DNA of 64,000 nucleotides from an uncultured Poribacteria bacterium (lineage in GTDB: Bacteria; Poribacteria; WGA-4E; WGA-3G): the NCBI GenBank assembly GCA_958296135.2, contig CATQHZ020000001.1, positions 2,464,001 through 2,528,000 of the forward strand. Reading direction: 5' to 3'. Under the pieces are notes generated by a model. That model saw only the letters and a list, made by a program, of their open reading frames with translations, did not search any database and was not told the origin of the DNA. This document shows, piece after piece, positions 1 through 9,365 of the stretch (its first letter is position 1; the number at the start of each line of letters is the position of its first letter). The position numbers and the translations under genes are program-made.

Positions 1-159
1 CACGACGACCGGTTCATCGGAACTGGTGGCCGCGGTCGCTGCCGGTTTCTCGGCGGTTTCTTCTGCATCGTCGCTTCCACAGCCGACAATGCCAACGCTC
101 ACGATGCCCATCGCAAACAGGGCAAGCAGGAGCGATGTGAACATGAATCGCAATTGCAT
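1..159 (-). CDS. Putative lipoprotein, N-terminus only (runs off window)
   Basis: Manual translation MQLRFMFTSLLLALFAMGIVSVGIVGC-GSDDAEE...; lipobox IVGC; AGGAGG RBS upstream. Confidence 0.7.
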   Translation of the reverse strand, partial: MQLRFMFTSLLLALFAMGIVSVGIVGCGSDDAEETAEKPAATAATSSDEPVVV

Positions 160-218
160 TTTTGCAATTCCTCCTATTAAATTCACTTAGCGCATCTAAA
201 AAGATGCAGTTTAAGACT

Positions 219-247
219 ATTATAATTTATTTCCAAAAAAATGTCAA
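219..247 (-). promoter_or_regulatory. Sigma-70 promoter TTGACA-N17-TATAAT
   Basis: Perfect consensus hexamers upstream of the lipoprotein gene. Confidence 0.75.
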
Positions 248-346
248 GTTAATTTTTATCCCCAACCCGTCAGGGGGGAGATTGCAGTGGGCGGATATAG
301 AAATCGGCCTTACAATGCGATGCGCGAAGGATACCGAAATCCACCG

Positions 347-1492
347 CTACAACGCAATTGCCTGAATCACATCCTCAACCTGAATCTCCGACATGCATCC
401 CTCCCCGCCGAAGCGACACGAGGTCCCGAGGCAAGGCGGACAGTCCCTTTTCCGGCGGAGTGTCTGACACTGCGCGCCGACCGGTCCAAACCGCCCCGGG
501 TCGCCGGGCCCGTAAAGTCCAATCGTAGGAATCCCAACAGCGGCGGCGAGGTGCATCGGCCCGCTATCGTTACCAATGAACAACTGACATACGTGCAAGA
601 TTGATGCCAGCTGCGTTAGGCTAGTCTCGCCCGCGATATTCGTTGACCTCCCTCGCATCAACGCTTGAATTTCCGCAATTATCGGCATTTCAGCGTGGAT
701 ACCGACGAAAATAATTTTTGCACGTTTTTGTGCAACTAACCAATCGGCGAGTTTCGCGTAGCGTTCGGGCCGCCACCTCTTAAGTGCAATCGGGGAGCCC
801 GGGTGGATAGCAACCAGCGATTGCACCGTAGAGCGAGAAGACTTTCCTTCACCTGGCCCTTGCCGTGCAGCGTTAATTCCTCGCGCCGCAAGGAAATCTG
901 CCGCCCATTTTTCATCATCCGCCGTTATCGGGAACATCGGCGTTTGCACCGGCGTTGGAATGCCCGCACGCCTGAGGACATCAAGGTTACGCACGGTTTC
1001 GTGTGTGCCGCTAAATCGGGGAAATCCCAACTTATTGGCAACCTGCAGGGATGCACGTCCGATCTGTTTCGGTGCAACTCTTAAGAACGCGAAGCAAACG
1101 ATTCGCCAATCGCCGCGGAGCTCCACCACCAACTCATACTTTTGGCGGTGCAAATGCCGATAAAGCCGAACAGCCTCTGACAGTCGCGTCGGTTGTTCTC
1201 CTGCGCGGCAAAAGAACGGCGAATTATATTCAATTACCTCATCTACCGCCGGTTGATTCTCCAAGACGACGCGGCTCCATCTGCCAGCGAGCGCGTGCAG
1301 TTCGGCATTCGGATACGCCTGACGCAAGTTAGCAAACACCGGTGTCGCGAGAAGCACATCTCCGACGTGGTCCAGTTTGACCACGAGGATGCGCTTAGGT
1401 GAGCTGTTTCTCGGCACACCCTGGCGATAGCAGAGCCACTGCACGGCGGCGGCGGCAATCAGTGTGAGGATTTCAAGCACATTCCGAAGCAT
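347..1492 (-). CDS. Glycosyltransferase family 9 (LPS heptosyltransferase RfaF/RfaQ-like)
   Basis: RILVVKLDHVGDVLLATP, HPGS, GNDSGPMHLAAA and C-terminal CxPC motifs. Confidence 0.9.
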   Translation of the reverse strand: MLRNVLEILTLIAAAAVQWLCYRQGVPRNSSPKRILVVKLDHVGDVLLATPVFANLRQAYPNAELHALAGRWSRVVLENQPAVDEVIEYNSPFFCRAGEQPTRLSEAVRLYRHLHRQKYELVVELRGDWRIVCFAFLRVAPKQIGRASLQVANKLGFPRFSGTHETVRNLDVLRRAGIPTPVQTPMFPITADDEKWAADFLAARGINAARQGPGEGKSSRSTVQSLVAIHPGSPIALKRWRPERYAKLADWLVAQKRAKIIFVGIHAEMPIIAEIQALMRGRSTNIAGETSLTQLASILHVCQLFIGNDSGPMHLAAAVGIPTIGLYGPGDPGRFGPVGAQCQTLRRKRDCPPCLGTSCRFGGEGCMSEIQVEDVIQAIAL

Positions 1493-1517
1493 CGTTTATT
1501 TTGGAGAGATGCCACTC

Positions 1518-2123
1518 TCATCCCTCCTGTTTCACCATGCCGGCAAGAATACCGAGGATTCTGTCGCACCGCTCCAGCGTGTAGATTCTCATATCAATGT
1601 GGAGCGTCTTCCCCGCCAATTTGAGGAACAGCCAATCAGTGCCGGACGTGATAGCACCATAGACACGGGCAATGCTATTCCCTTGTTCGGCGTTAAAGCA
1701 TTGGGCGGCTACCATCTCGGCAGCACACTGCGCGACTCCCAATTTCACGTCCGCATTTTTGGCCTCAACCAGCGCGATGACAGGTGCTTCCAACTCAAAT
1801 GCCTCTGGCGACAGGCTCACCAGAAAACCACACACGCCTGTCAATTCTTTTCTTGCATCAACGTTAAAATCAATGCCAGAAAAAAGGCTAACGCGATTGT
1901 CAAAGTGTAGGCAAAGTTCAACGAGAACTTCGGAGATAATCAGTTCGGATTTCGCCTTCTCCGTGCCCATCGCGAGAGCGAAAGGCATATTTCGCTCTAA
2001 CACCGCGGTGAGCAAGGCACTCGGTTCGACCGGTTCAATGTCAGCAAAGATGCCCCACTGCCGAACCGTTTCAAGTTCAAATGCTCTCCGAATTTTTCCT
2101 AAGGTAAAGTTGCTATATGCCAT
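1518..2123 (-). CDS. PD-(D/E)xK-like hypothetical protein (MAYSxFTL family, HsdR N-terminal-like)
   Basis: MAYSNFTL start, VEAK motif, YGAITSGTDWLFL; paralogue immediately upstream. Confidence 0.65.
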   Translation of the reverse strand: MAYSNFTLGKIRRAFELETVRQWGIFADIEPVEPSALLTAVLERNMPFALAMGTEKAKSELIISEVLVELCLHFDNRVSLFSGIDFNVDARKELTGVCGFLVSLSPEAFELEAPVIALVEAKNADVKLGVAQCAAEMVAAQCFNAEQGNSIARVYGAITSGTDWLFLKLAGKTLHIDMRIYTLERCDRILGILAGMVKQEG

Positions 2124-2228
2124 GATGAGAAACCCGCCTTTAACGCACACAGACACGTCAAGACAGTCTGGGAAGACAACGTCAATCGCACAGAAAGGCT
2201 AAACACCGCCTGGCGAAGACAAAAAACC

Positions 2229-2833
2229 TCACGCCCGCTGCGCCACCATACTCGCGAGAATGCCGAAGACTTTGTCGCACAGCTCAATTGAATAGGCAGT
2301 GATGTCAATAGAGAGTTTCCGCCCCTCCAACTTGAGGAACAGCCACTCTGTGCCGGATGTGGTGGCACCGTAAATGCGCGGAATGTCATTCCCGGCTTCC
2401 GCATTAAAGCGTTGGGCGGCCACCATCTCCGCAACACATTGCCCAAGCCCATCCGTGAGACTGTCCCTTTTTGCCTCAACAAGGATAATAACAGGTGCCT
2501 CCAAATCAAATCGCTCGGGTGACAGACTCACCAAAAAATCACACACTCCAACCAATTTCGCATCGGCATCAACGTTAAAGTCAATTCCCGAAAAAAGACT
2601 GACGCGGTTGTCAAAGTGGACGCAAAGTTCAATGAGAACGTCCGCGATAATCATTTCGGACTTCGCCTTTTCGGTGCCGATAGCGATGGCGAAGGGGAGA
2701 TTTCGCTCCACACAGAGGTAAGATGCTCACTCGGTGCCACCGGTTCAATATAGGCAAAGATACCTCGCTCCTCAACCGCTTCAAGTTGAAACGCTCTTCG
2801 GACTGTGCCAAGGGTAAAGTTGCTATATGCCAT
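2229..2833 (-). pseudogene. Frameshifted paralogue of the 1518-2123 protein
   Basis: N-terminal half (to HLTSV) and C-terminal half (ERNLPFA...) lie in different frames; one base missing near 2710 relative to the paralogue (AVLERNM). Confidence 0.7.
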
Positions 2834-2956
2834 GCTGAGAAACCCTCCTCTCATGTTCTTTCCTCTCTCAGTGCAGACGAGCGCGATTCTTCTCATACGT
2901 AATTATACCAGATTCGCGTTTGGAAATCAAGACATTTTTTGAATGCGAAAATCCAC

Positions 2957-2985
2957 TTGCATCCGCACCCAAAATCTGCTATACT
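2957..2985 (+). promoter_or_regulatory. Sigma-70 promoter TTGCAT-N17-TATACT
   Basis: Near-consensus hexamers 22 bp upstream of the ATG at 3007. Confidence 0.6.
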
Positions 2986-3006
2986 ATTTTCATGCGGAAA
3001 CGAAAT

Positions 3007-5610
3007 ATGCAGTTCATCAAACACTTTTCAGAAATCGAGGACGATGCCCTTCCCCAGGTCGGCGGAAAGGGGTTGAATCTCGGAAAATTGACGAGAGCGG
3101 GTTTTGCTATACCAAAAGGGTTCTGTGTGACAACGGATGCCTACCGGTTCTCCATGCAAGGCACCGGGAAGGCGCACCTACAAGACATCGTGTTAGCACC
3201 AGAACTCGTCGCCGCAATTCAGGAAGCGCGCGCGCGTTTGCAGACAGATACCGTCGCAGTACGTTCCAGTGCAACCGCCGAAGATTTGCCCGATGCAAGC
3301 TTCGCCGGGCAACAAGACACGTTCCTGAACGTCACCGCCGAGACGCTTTTAGATGCGGTGAAGGCGTGTTGGGCCTCCCTCTGGGCTTCACGTGCTATCG
3401 CCTATCGGCAGACGCAAGGCATCTCCGATGAAGACTTGGCAATGGCGGTTGTCGTGCAAGAAATGTGCCCCGCCGAGGTTTCCGGCGTGCTGTTTACGGT
3501 AAGTCCATTTGACGAAAATGTCTGCATCATCGAATCCAATTGGGGACTCGGCGAATCGGTTGTCTCCGGAGAAATCACGCCGGACAACTTTCAGGTATCG
3601 CGGGAAACGGGTGAGGTTGTCAAAAAGGCTATCGCCCAAAAAACGGAGATGGTCAGCGCGTTTGAAAAGCGAGCCCATGGCGAGACTCCCAACTTGGGAG
3701 GCGCGCATTGGAAGCGCGCACCAGTCCCTCTTGCGAAACAGAATATGCCCAGCCTCACAGACGCGCAACTGGAATCCCTCGCAAAACTGGGCACGCAGGT
3801 TGAGAAATTCTACGGACAACCTATGGATGTTGAGTGGGCCCTCGCTGACAGCGAATTTGTCTTGCTGCAGGCGAGACCTATCACCGGACAACTGCCTATT
3901 CAAACCGTAAGGACGGATGTCTCTATCCGCCCACCGATAGATACTGAAAAACTACGTCAAGAGGAAATCCATCGCCTCAAAAAGTGTGCAGATAAACACG
4001 GCACCGTTTGGTGTCATCACAACATCGCCGAAGTTTTGCCCGCGCCGTTACCGATGACATGGAAGCTCATCCAAGAATTTATGTCTGGTGCCGGTGGCTT
4101 AGGCACTGCGTATCGCAATTTAGGCTACTATCCGAGCGCGCGTGTCAATAAAATAGGCATCCTCGACCTGGTTTGTGGCCGCATCTATGTTAACCTAAAC
4201 CGCGAAACAGAGCTCTACTTTGATGGCTACCCGCTCGCGCACGATTTTGAGGCCCTGAAGCAAAAACCGCAAAAGGCGATGTATGCACAAGCCGCTCCGA
4301 ATATCAGCCATAGTTCTGCCTCGTTTTGGTTCAAACTCCCGCTGCACATCGCGCGGATGAGCAAAGCTGAATTACGCCTGCGTAAACACCGGCTCGATTT
4401 CGACCGGCAGTTGACAGAACAGGTGTTCCCACAGTTCCAAGCGATAACAAAAGCGGAGTGGGACATTTCTTATGCAACTCTATCAGATGCGGAAGTGGTG
4501 GCAAAATTTCAAGAATGGCGCGATAAAACCTTGCGCGAATTTGCACCTAAAGCACTGACAGCGACGCTCCTCGCCGGATTCTCTCTGCAGCGGCTGAAGG
4601 CAGGACTCGCAAAATGTCTCGATGAAGCAGAAGCAAAGGTTCTCACGCAACGACTCATCGGCGGCTTGTCGGGCAACCTCACCGTTGAAACCAACGAAAA
4701 GTTGGGGCAGGTAGCGGCGGGGCATCTCTCTCTCGACAATTTCTTGGCAGAAGCGGGGCATCGAGCCGTCGGCGAATTTGAGTTGGCACAACCGCGCTGG
4801 CGCGAGGATACCGCCTATCTTGAGCAGGTTATTGCCTCTTTTAAAGCCCGCTTGAAAAGCGCGCCTACGGCAGATGAGCAGGGAAGCGCACCTATCGAAA
4901 ACAGCACGCGACAACGCGAAGAAGCTGAAACCTATCTCGCAGAACTGCTGAAAAATAAGAAGCACTTGCGGAAACAGATAGCGGAAGAACTCGCGTTCAC
5001 GCGCCGCTATATGCCGTTCCGCGAAACGGCGAAATTTTATCTGATGCTCGGTTATGAACAGATTCGACGCGCTTTGACAGAACTCGACCGGCGGTATCAA
5101 CTCAACGGCGGCATCTTCTATTTACAACCCGATGAATTACCACGTTTCATCAACGGAGAAGCCGTCGGCACCACCATAGCAGAACGCAAGGCACGGCGAG
5201 AAGCATTGCTACAGATTGAGCTCCCTGATGTCCTCTTCAGCGATTCACTAGATAAGTTATCATCCGAGACGAAACTGCAAATCTCGCCTACCCATTCGGA
5301 CACCGGAGTGGGAGTCTCCGCGGGCGTGGCAACGGGGCCCGCGCGGGTGCTTTTACGTCCAACCGATGTACAACCGACAGACCAGGGCTATATCCTGGTG
5401 TGTCCCTCCACCGACCCGGCGTGGACACCGCTTTTTCTCCATGCAGCGGGGTTAGTGATGGAGCGCGGCGGCATGCTATCGCACGGCGCGGTAGTGGCAC
5501 GAGAATACGGCATTCCCGCAGTCGTCAACATCCCGAACGCAACCCGAAACATCACCGATGGACAAAAACTTCAGATTGATGGCAATCGCGGCACTGTTGC
5601 CACTGTTTAG
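3007..5610 (+). CDS. PEP-utilising phosphotransferase (PPDK-type ATP-grasp + C-terminal phospho-His swivel; rifampin phosphotransferase-like architecture)
   Basis: VGGKG, AVRSSATAEDLPDASFAGQQDT, DVEWA...LLQARPIT, TDPAWTP, GGMLSHGAVVAREYGIPAV. Confidence 0.88.
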   Translation: MQFIKHFSEIEDDALPQVGGKGLNLGKLTRAGFAIPKGFCVTTDAYRFSMQGTGKAHLQDIVLAPELVAAIQEARARLQTDTVAVRSSATAEDLPDASFAGQQDTFLNVTAETLLDAVKACWASLWASRAIAYRQTQGISDEDLAMAVVVQEMCPAEVSGVLFTVSPFDENVCIIESNWGLGESVVSGEITPDNFQVSRETGEVVKKAIAQKTEMVSAFEKRAHGETPNLGGAHWKRAPVPLAKQNMPSLTDAQLESLAKLGTQVEKFYGQPMDVEWALADSEFVLLQARPITGQLPIQTVRTDVSIRPPIDTEKLRQEEIHRLKKCADKHGTVWCHHNIAEVLPAPLPMTWKLIQEFMSGAGGLGTAYRNLGYYPSARVNKIGILDLVCGRIYVNLNRETELYFDGYPLAHDFEALKQKPQKAMYAQAAPNISHSSASFWFKLPLHIARMSKAELRLRKHRLDFDRQLTEQVFPQFQAITKAEWDISYATLSDAEVVAKFQEWRDKTLREFAPKALTATLLAGFSLQRLKAGLAKCLDEAEAKVLTQRLIGGLSGNLTVETNEKLGQVAAGHLSLDNFLAEAGHRAVGEFELAQPRWREDTAYLEQVIASFKARLKSAPTADEQGSAPIENSTRQREEAETYLAELLKNKKHLRKQIAEELAFTRRYMPFRETAKFYLMLGYEQIRRALTELDRRYQLNGGIFYLQPDELPRFINGEAVGTTIAERKARREALLQIELPDVLFSDSLDKLSSETKLQISPTHSDTGVGVSAGVATGPARVLLRPTDVQPTDQGYILVCPSTDPAWTPLFLHAAGLVMERGGMLSHGAVVAREYGIPAVVNIPNATRNITDGQKLQIDGNRGTVATV

Positions 5611-5617
5611 CATCTCC

Positions 5618-5710
5618 CGTAGCGCGAAGCCTATTCCTTGTAAACAAGGCATGGTGGGGGACAGGCCCCCACCCGACGGCGAACATAGCGCGAGAGCCTG
5701 TCCCTCGCAA
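5618..5710. repeat. Cluster of GTAG-type REP-like palindromes
   Basis: gtagcgcgaagcctattccttg, ggtgggggacaggcccccacc, tagcgcgagagcctgtccctcgc. Confidence 0.6.
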
Positions 5711-5730
5711 ACTGCCGACAGATAGAAATC

Positions 5731-6852
5731 ATGCACATAAAACACAGCGAATTTGTTGCAAACTGGAGCCGATATTCTCGTTATGCCGTTGAAACTTACA
5801 CCCACAAACGCCAAAGCATTCGGCAAAAGATGCGGAAATCGTTCCTTATCTCCCTGACTATCCATGCCCTCGCGCTCGGAATGCTGAGCCTCGGCTACAT
5901 CCGGTGGTATCAACCGGTGCCGCCTTCCGAACCGATTGTCTCCGAGGCAATCGCGGTGACCAATATCCCGCGTTTTCACGTTACGAATCGTCAGAAACGT
6001 TCACTGCCTGCGGCGAGGCGTTCCACGCCTACCTTACCGGCCGTGACTGCAGGCACGGATGCGCCTCTGCGGCCGACGCTCGCCGCGCGCAACACACAGA
6101 TGCTGATGCTAGGGACAGACGCGCGGTTACCGATGGCAGAAACATCGCTGAGCACACACGCGACAAAAACGCCGGAGTGGACATCGATTGGGACAACCCC
6201 CGCGCAAGTCCCTACCGTCCCACGCAACCCTGTCCATCGGCGCGGGCAACAGCGCGCAACCGCCACCGCCGAACCCACGAGCGCAGCAGAACCCGTTAAC
6301 CGGGATGCTCGGATGGGTGAGGCCCTGGAAGGCATCGCCGAAAGCGTGGCGGATGGCGACAGAGAACCTGTTTCCGTTGACATCGTTTTTTTGCTTGACA
6401 TTAGTGGCAGTATGATAGATAATATCCGTGCCGTCGGCAGACAACTCAGCCGGATGGTGGCAGTATTCGAGCAGAAAAAGGTCGATTTCACACTCGGCAT
6501 CGTGATTTTCAGATACCTTGAAGACGATACTATCATCCACCCGCAAACGCGGGATGTGGAGAGATACAAGCGGCTGTTGACTTCGCACGTCGTTGCGGCG
6601 GCGGGGGATGAACGCGCGCACAATGCCATCATCAAAACAATTCGCCGCGTGGATTTCCGCGAAGGCGCAAACCGCCGATTCGTCCTCGTCACCGATGAAG
6701 CAAGCAAAGGTTCTTACTCGCTATCCGAAGTGCTAGTGCAGTGCTTGCAACAGAAAATCGCCGTGGATGTCATCGGCATTAATCATACAACGCATAAGGC
6801 GTTAACCGTTAAAACTGGGGGACTCTGGTTCCCCATTCCAAAACAATTGTAG
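5731..6852 (+). CDS. Membrane-anchored von Willebrand factor A domain protein
   Basis: TM segment SLTIHALAL; MIDAS DIVFLLDISGSM; LVTDE. Start may be 5830. Confidence 0.8.
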   Translation: MHIKHSEFVANWSRYSRYAVETYTHKRQSIRQKMRKSFLISLTIHALALGMLSLGYIRWYQPVPPSEPIVSEAIAVTNIPRFHVTNRQKRSLPAARRSTPTLPAVTAGTDAPLRPTLAARNTQMLMLGTDARLPMAETSLSTHATKTPEWTSIGTTPAQVPTVPRNPVHRRGQQRATATAEPTSAAEPVNRDARMGEALEGIAESVADGDREPVSVDIVFLLDISGSMIDNIRAVGRQLSRMVAVFEQKKVDFTLGIVIFRYLEDDTIIHPQTRDVERYKRLLTSHVVAAAGDERAHNAIIKTIRRVDFREGANRRFVLVTDEASKGSYSLSEVLVQCLQQKIAVDVIGINHTTHKALTVKTGGLWFPIPKQL

Positions 6853-7011
6853 CCGGGCTCTCATGAAGTTTTCGTCTGAAATCGGATAATGTTCGGAACG
6901 CGTGCACGCGCGGTGACTGTAAGAGCAGATTTCTATATCCGCCCATCTCCTGCGAGAAAATTACCCGTTTATTTCTTGAATCTTCATCCAGCCCCAAAGA
7001 GGTACCATCAA

Positions 7012-7779
7012 ATGAAATGGGCATTGAATACGTATCAAACATGCCAAGATTGGGAACTTGAACGGATACTCGAAACCGCAGAAGCCACCGGTTATCATGG
7101 CGTTGAATTCTTAATGGATTACAAACAGAAACACTGCTTCGAGTGGCATACGCCGCGGGCAGAATGGGGTAGGTTGAAGGCACATGTCGATGCTAGCGGC
7201 GTGGTTATCTCATCGTTGACGAGCTGCCAGAATTTCCACGCAGACGAGGCGGAAGACCGGGCAGAGAGCGTCCGCCGCATCACGCGCGTGATTGATATGG
7301 CGGCATTTATGGGCTGTAACCACGTCCGCGTGCTCGGCGATAGGTATACCGATGAAACGAAAGAAGCCATCATCGGCTATGTTACCGAAGGCTTGAAGGA
7401 ACTCGGTAACTACGCAAAACCGAAGGACATTACCGTCTCCATGGAGATGCACGGCTCTTTCACCGACCCGGATTCGGCGATGCGTGTCATCGAAGCCGTA
7501 AATCTGCCGAACGTCGGCTTCGTCTTCAATTCGCAATTTGTCGGATGCGATGCAGGGAGTATTGAACCGCTGTTTTCGCGCGTCGCACCGCATATCACCG
7601 CCGTGCATACACACAGAGTGGAAGAACCAGAAACGTTTGAGCTCTATCGGCAGATGTTTGAATGGCTCAATCGCATCGGTTTTTCGGGTTATATTTCCAA
7701 TGAATGCGCGTATACGGGCCCAGATCCGGAGAAGGTGCTCGCGCTCTATGTCGGACTTTTTAAAGCGTTTGTTGAATAG
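7012..7779 (+). CDS. Sugar phosphate isomerase/epimerase (xylose isomerase-like TIM barrel)
   Basis: GYHGVE, SMEMHG, GYISNE motifs. Confidence 0.8.
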   Translation: MKWALNTYQTCQDWELERILETAEATGYHGVEFLMDYKQKHCFEWHTPRAEWGRLKAHVDASGVVISSLTSCQNFHADEAEDRAESVRRITRVIDMAAFMGCNHVRVLGDRYTDETKEAIIGYVTEGLKELGNYAKPKDITVSMEMHGSFTDPDSAMRVIEAVNLPNVGFVFNSQFVGCDAGSIEPLFSRVAPHITAVHTHRVEEPETFELYRQMFEWLNRIGFSGYISNECAYTGPDPEKVLALYVGLFKAFVE

Positions 7780-7787
7780 GGACTACC

Positions 7788-7855
7788 GGTAGGCGAGGAC
7801 CTGTCCCTCGCAAGCCTGTTATCGCACGGGAGCGCGAGGGAAAACCTGTCCCTTG
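7788..7855. repeat. REP-like palindrome pair
   Basis: gtaggcgaggacctgtccctcgc ... gcgagggaaaacctgtcccttgc. Confidence 0.6.
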
Positions 7856-7873
7856 CACACTCGCTATCTAACA

Positions 7874-9253
7874 ATGAAACATCCACAATCCGCATACCTC
7901 TATCAACGCGTCGCAATTCCAGAGGCGTTCCTGAACGAAACGTGGGGCGGCGATATCCGCATCGGCGATTTAACCGGCGATGGCAACGTCGATTTTCTCG
8001 TTTACAAATCACTCGGCGGCATCCATCCCTGTTTCCTCGGCGCGTTCACGCTGGAAGGGACACCACTCTGGGCCCGCGGCGATAAGCACCTTACTAGCCG
8101 AGAGGAAGCGGAGTTACAACCCCCACCTACGGAAGGGAATTTGGAAACGCTCCCACCCGACCGGCCGGGTCCCGTCGTAATTTACGATATTGATGCCGAC
8201 GGACACGCCGAGGTCATCTGTTTTTGGGTGGATGCTATAGGCCCGGCTGCCCGGTCGCGAGGAGTAAGCAAATGGAATCTGTCCGCCATCCGCCTGATGA
8301 TACTAGACGGCGCAACCGGCGAGGTGAAACGCACCGCCGCACCCGATGAACTCCGCCAGTGCGATGCCTACGCCGAAGGCGAACTGCACATTCCCAATTA
8401 CGTCCATCAGCGGTTGATGATTGCCAATCTCTCCGGAAACACGCAGCCGCAGGACTTCATCGTCAAAATCGGCGTGAATGTGCTTGCATTCAACCACAAA
8501 CTTGAACTGCTGTGGCAATATACCGACAGATGGTTCCGTTATCCCAAGCATTCGGCGTATATCCCCGCCATCGGTGACCTTAACGGTGATGGGCTCGATG
8601 AAGTCAACGGTGGCAACTTCGGACTCGCCGCCGATGGAACAGTCCTGTGGGACAAATACCTCGGCGATAACATGGACTCCGTTTTGGTAGAGGAATGGCA
8701 TGGCGAAAAAGCGGCCATCCTCTCCGGCGGAGGACAGGTGCTGGATAACACTGGCACGCCGATGCTCTCACTCGGCCTAGAAACGGTGCCGCATGGCCAA
8801 GAGATTCGGTGCGGCAACCTTCTCCCAGATTCACCGGGCCGAGAACTCGTCATCCGCTACAATGGCCATCAGCCAGACTTGATGGTGGTGGACAACAGCG
8901 GACAGATTCGGAGCCGGTTCCGCGTTGATGAATCGCCGAACAATACCGGGGTAGAGGTTATCCGCTGGCACGGCTTTGGTAACGCCGAACTGATTTATAG
9001 TCCCGCCGCGCTCTACGATGGGAACGGAAATAAGGTGGTGACGTTCCCTGAACTTCCGCCGCCAAGCGGCGGCAAGATGGGATGGTATCACTGCTTCCCA
9101 GCCGATGTCTGCGGCGATGAACGCGAAGAAGTCATCCTCTATGAGCCCTATAGCGATGCAGTTTATATTTACACGCCGGCACCCTTTGACCCGAGTCTAT
9201 TTCGCGGCTATACGCACACAGCACGGCAATACAACGCACGGCTAATGGATTAA
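7874..9253 (+). CDS. FG-GAP/rhamnogalacturonan lyase family 11-like beta-propeller protein
   Basis: Repeated Ca-binding GDLTGDG, DIDADG, GDLNGDG, ADVCGD.REEV motifs. Confidence 0.7.
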   Translation: MKHPQSAYLYQRVAIPEAFLNETWGGDIRIGDLTGDGNVDFLVYKSLGGIHPCFLGAFTLEGTPLWARGDKHLTSREEAELQPPPTEGNLETLPPDRPGPVVIYDIDADGHAEVICFWVDAIGPAARSRGVSKWNLSAIRLMILDGATGEVKRTAAPDELRQCDAYAEGELHIPNYVHQRLMIANLSGNTQPQDFIVKIGVNVLAFNHKLELLWQYTDRWFRYPKHSAYIPAIGDLNGDGLDEVNGGNFGLAADGTVLWDKYLGDNMDSVLVEEWHGEKAAILSGGGQVLDNTGTPMLSLGLETVPHGQEIRCGNLLPDSPGRELVIRYNGHQPDLMVVDNSGQIRSRFRVDESPNNTGVEVIRWHGFGNAELIYSPAALYDGNGNKVVTFPELPPPSGGKMGWYHCFPADVCGDEREEVILYEPYSDAVYIYTPAPFDPSLFRGYTHTARQYNARLMD

Positions 9254-9365
9254 AAGAGTCGTCTGGGAAGATCTTTGTATCCGCCTAATCGCGATTTGTA
9301 AATGCGGATTTCTATCGTTTCCGCCCGACTCCCTACAAACCCACTGAATCTGGAATAAAAACAGC

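Noticed and set aside
3007-5610. Rifampin resistance gene rph or true PEP synthase ppsA
   Set aside because: The architecture is shared by many uncharacterised kinases and there is no C-terminal pyruvate-binding barrel; substrate cannot be assigned
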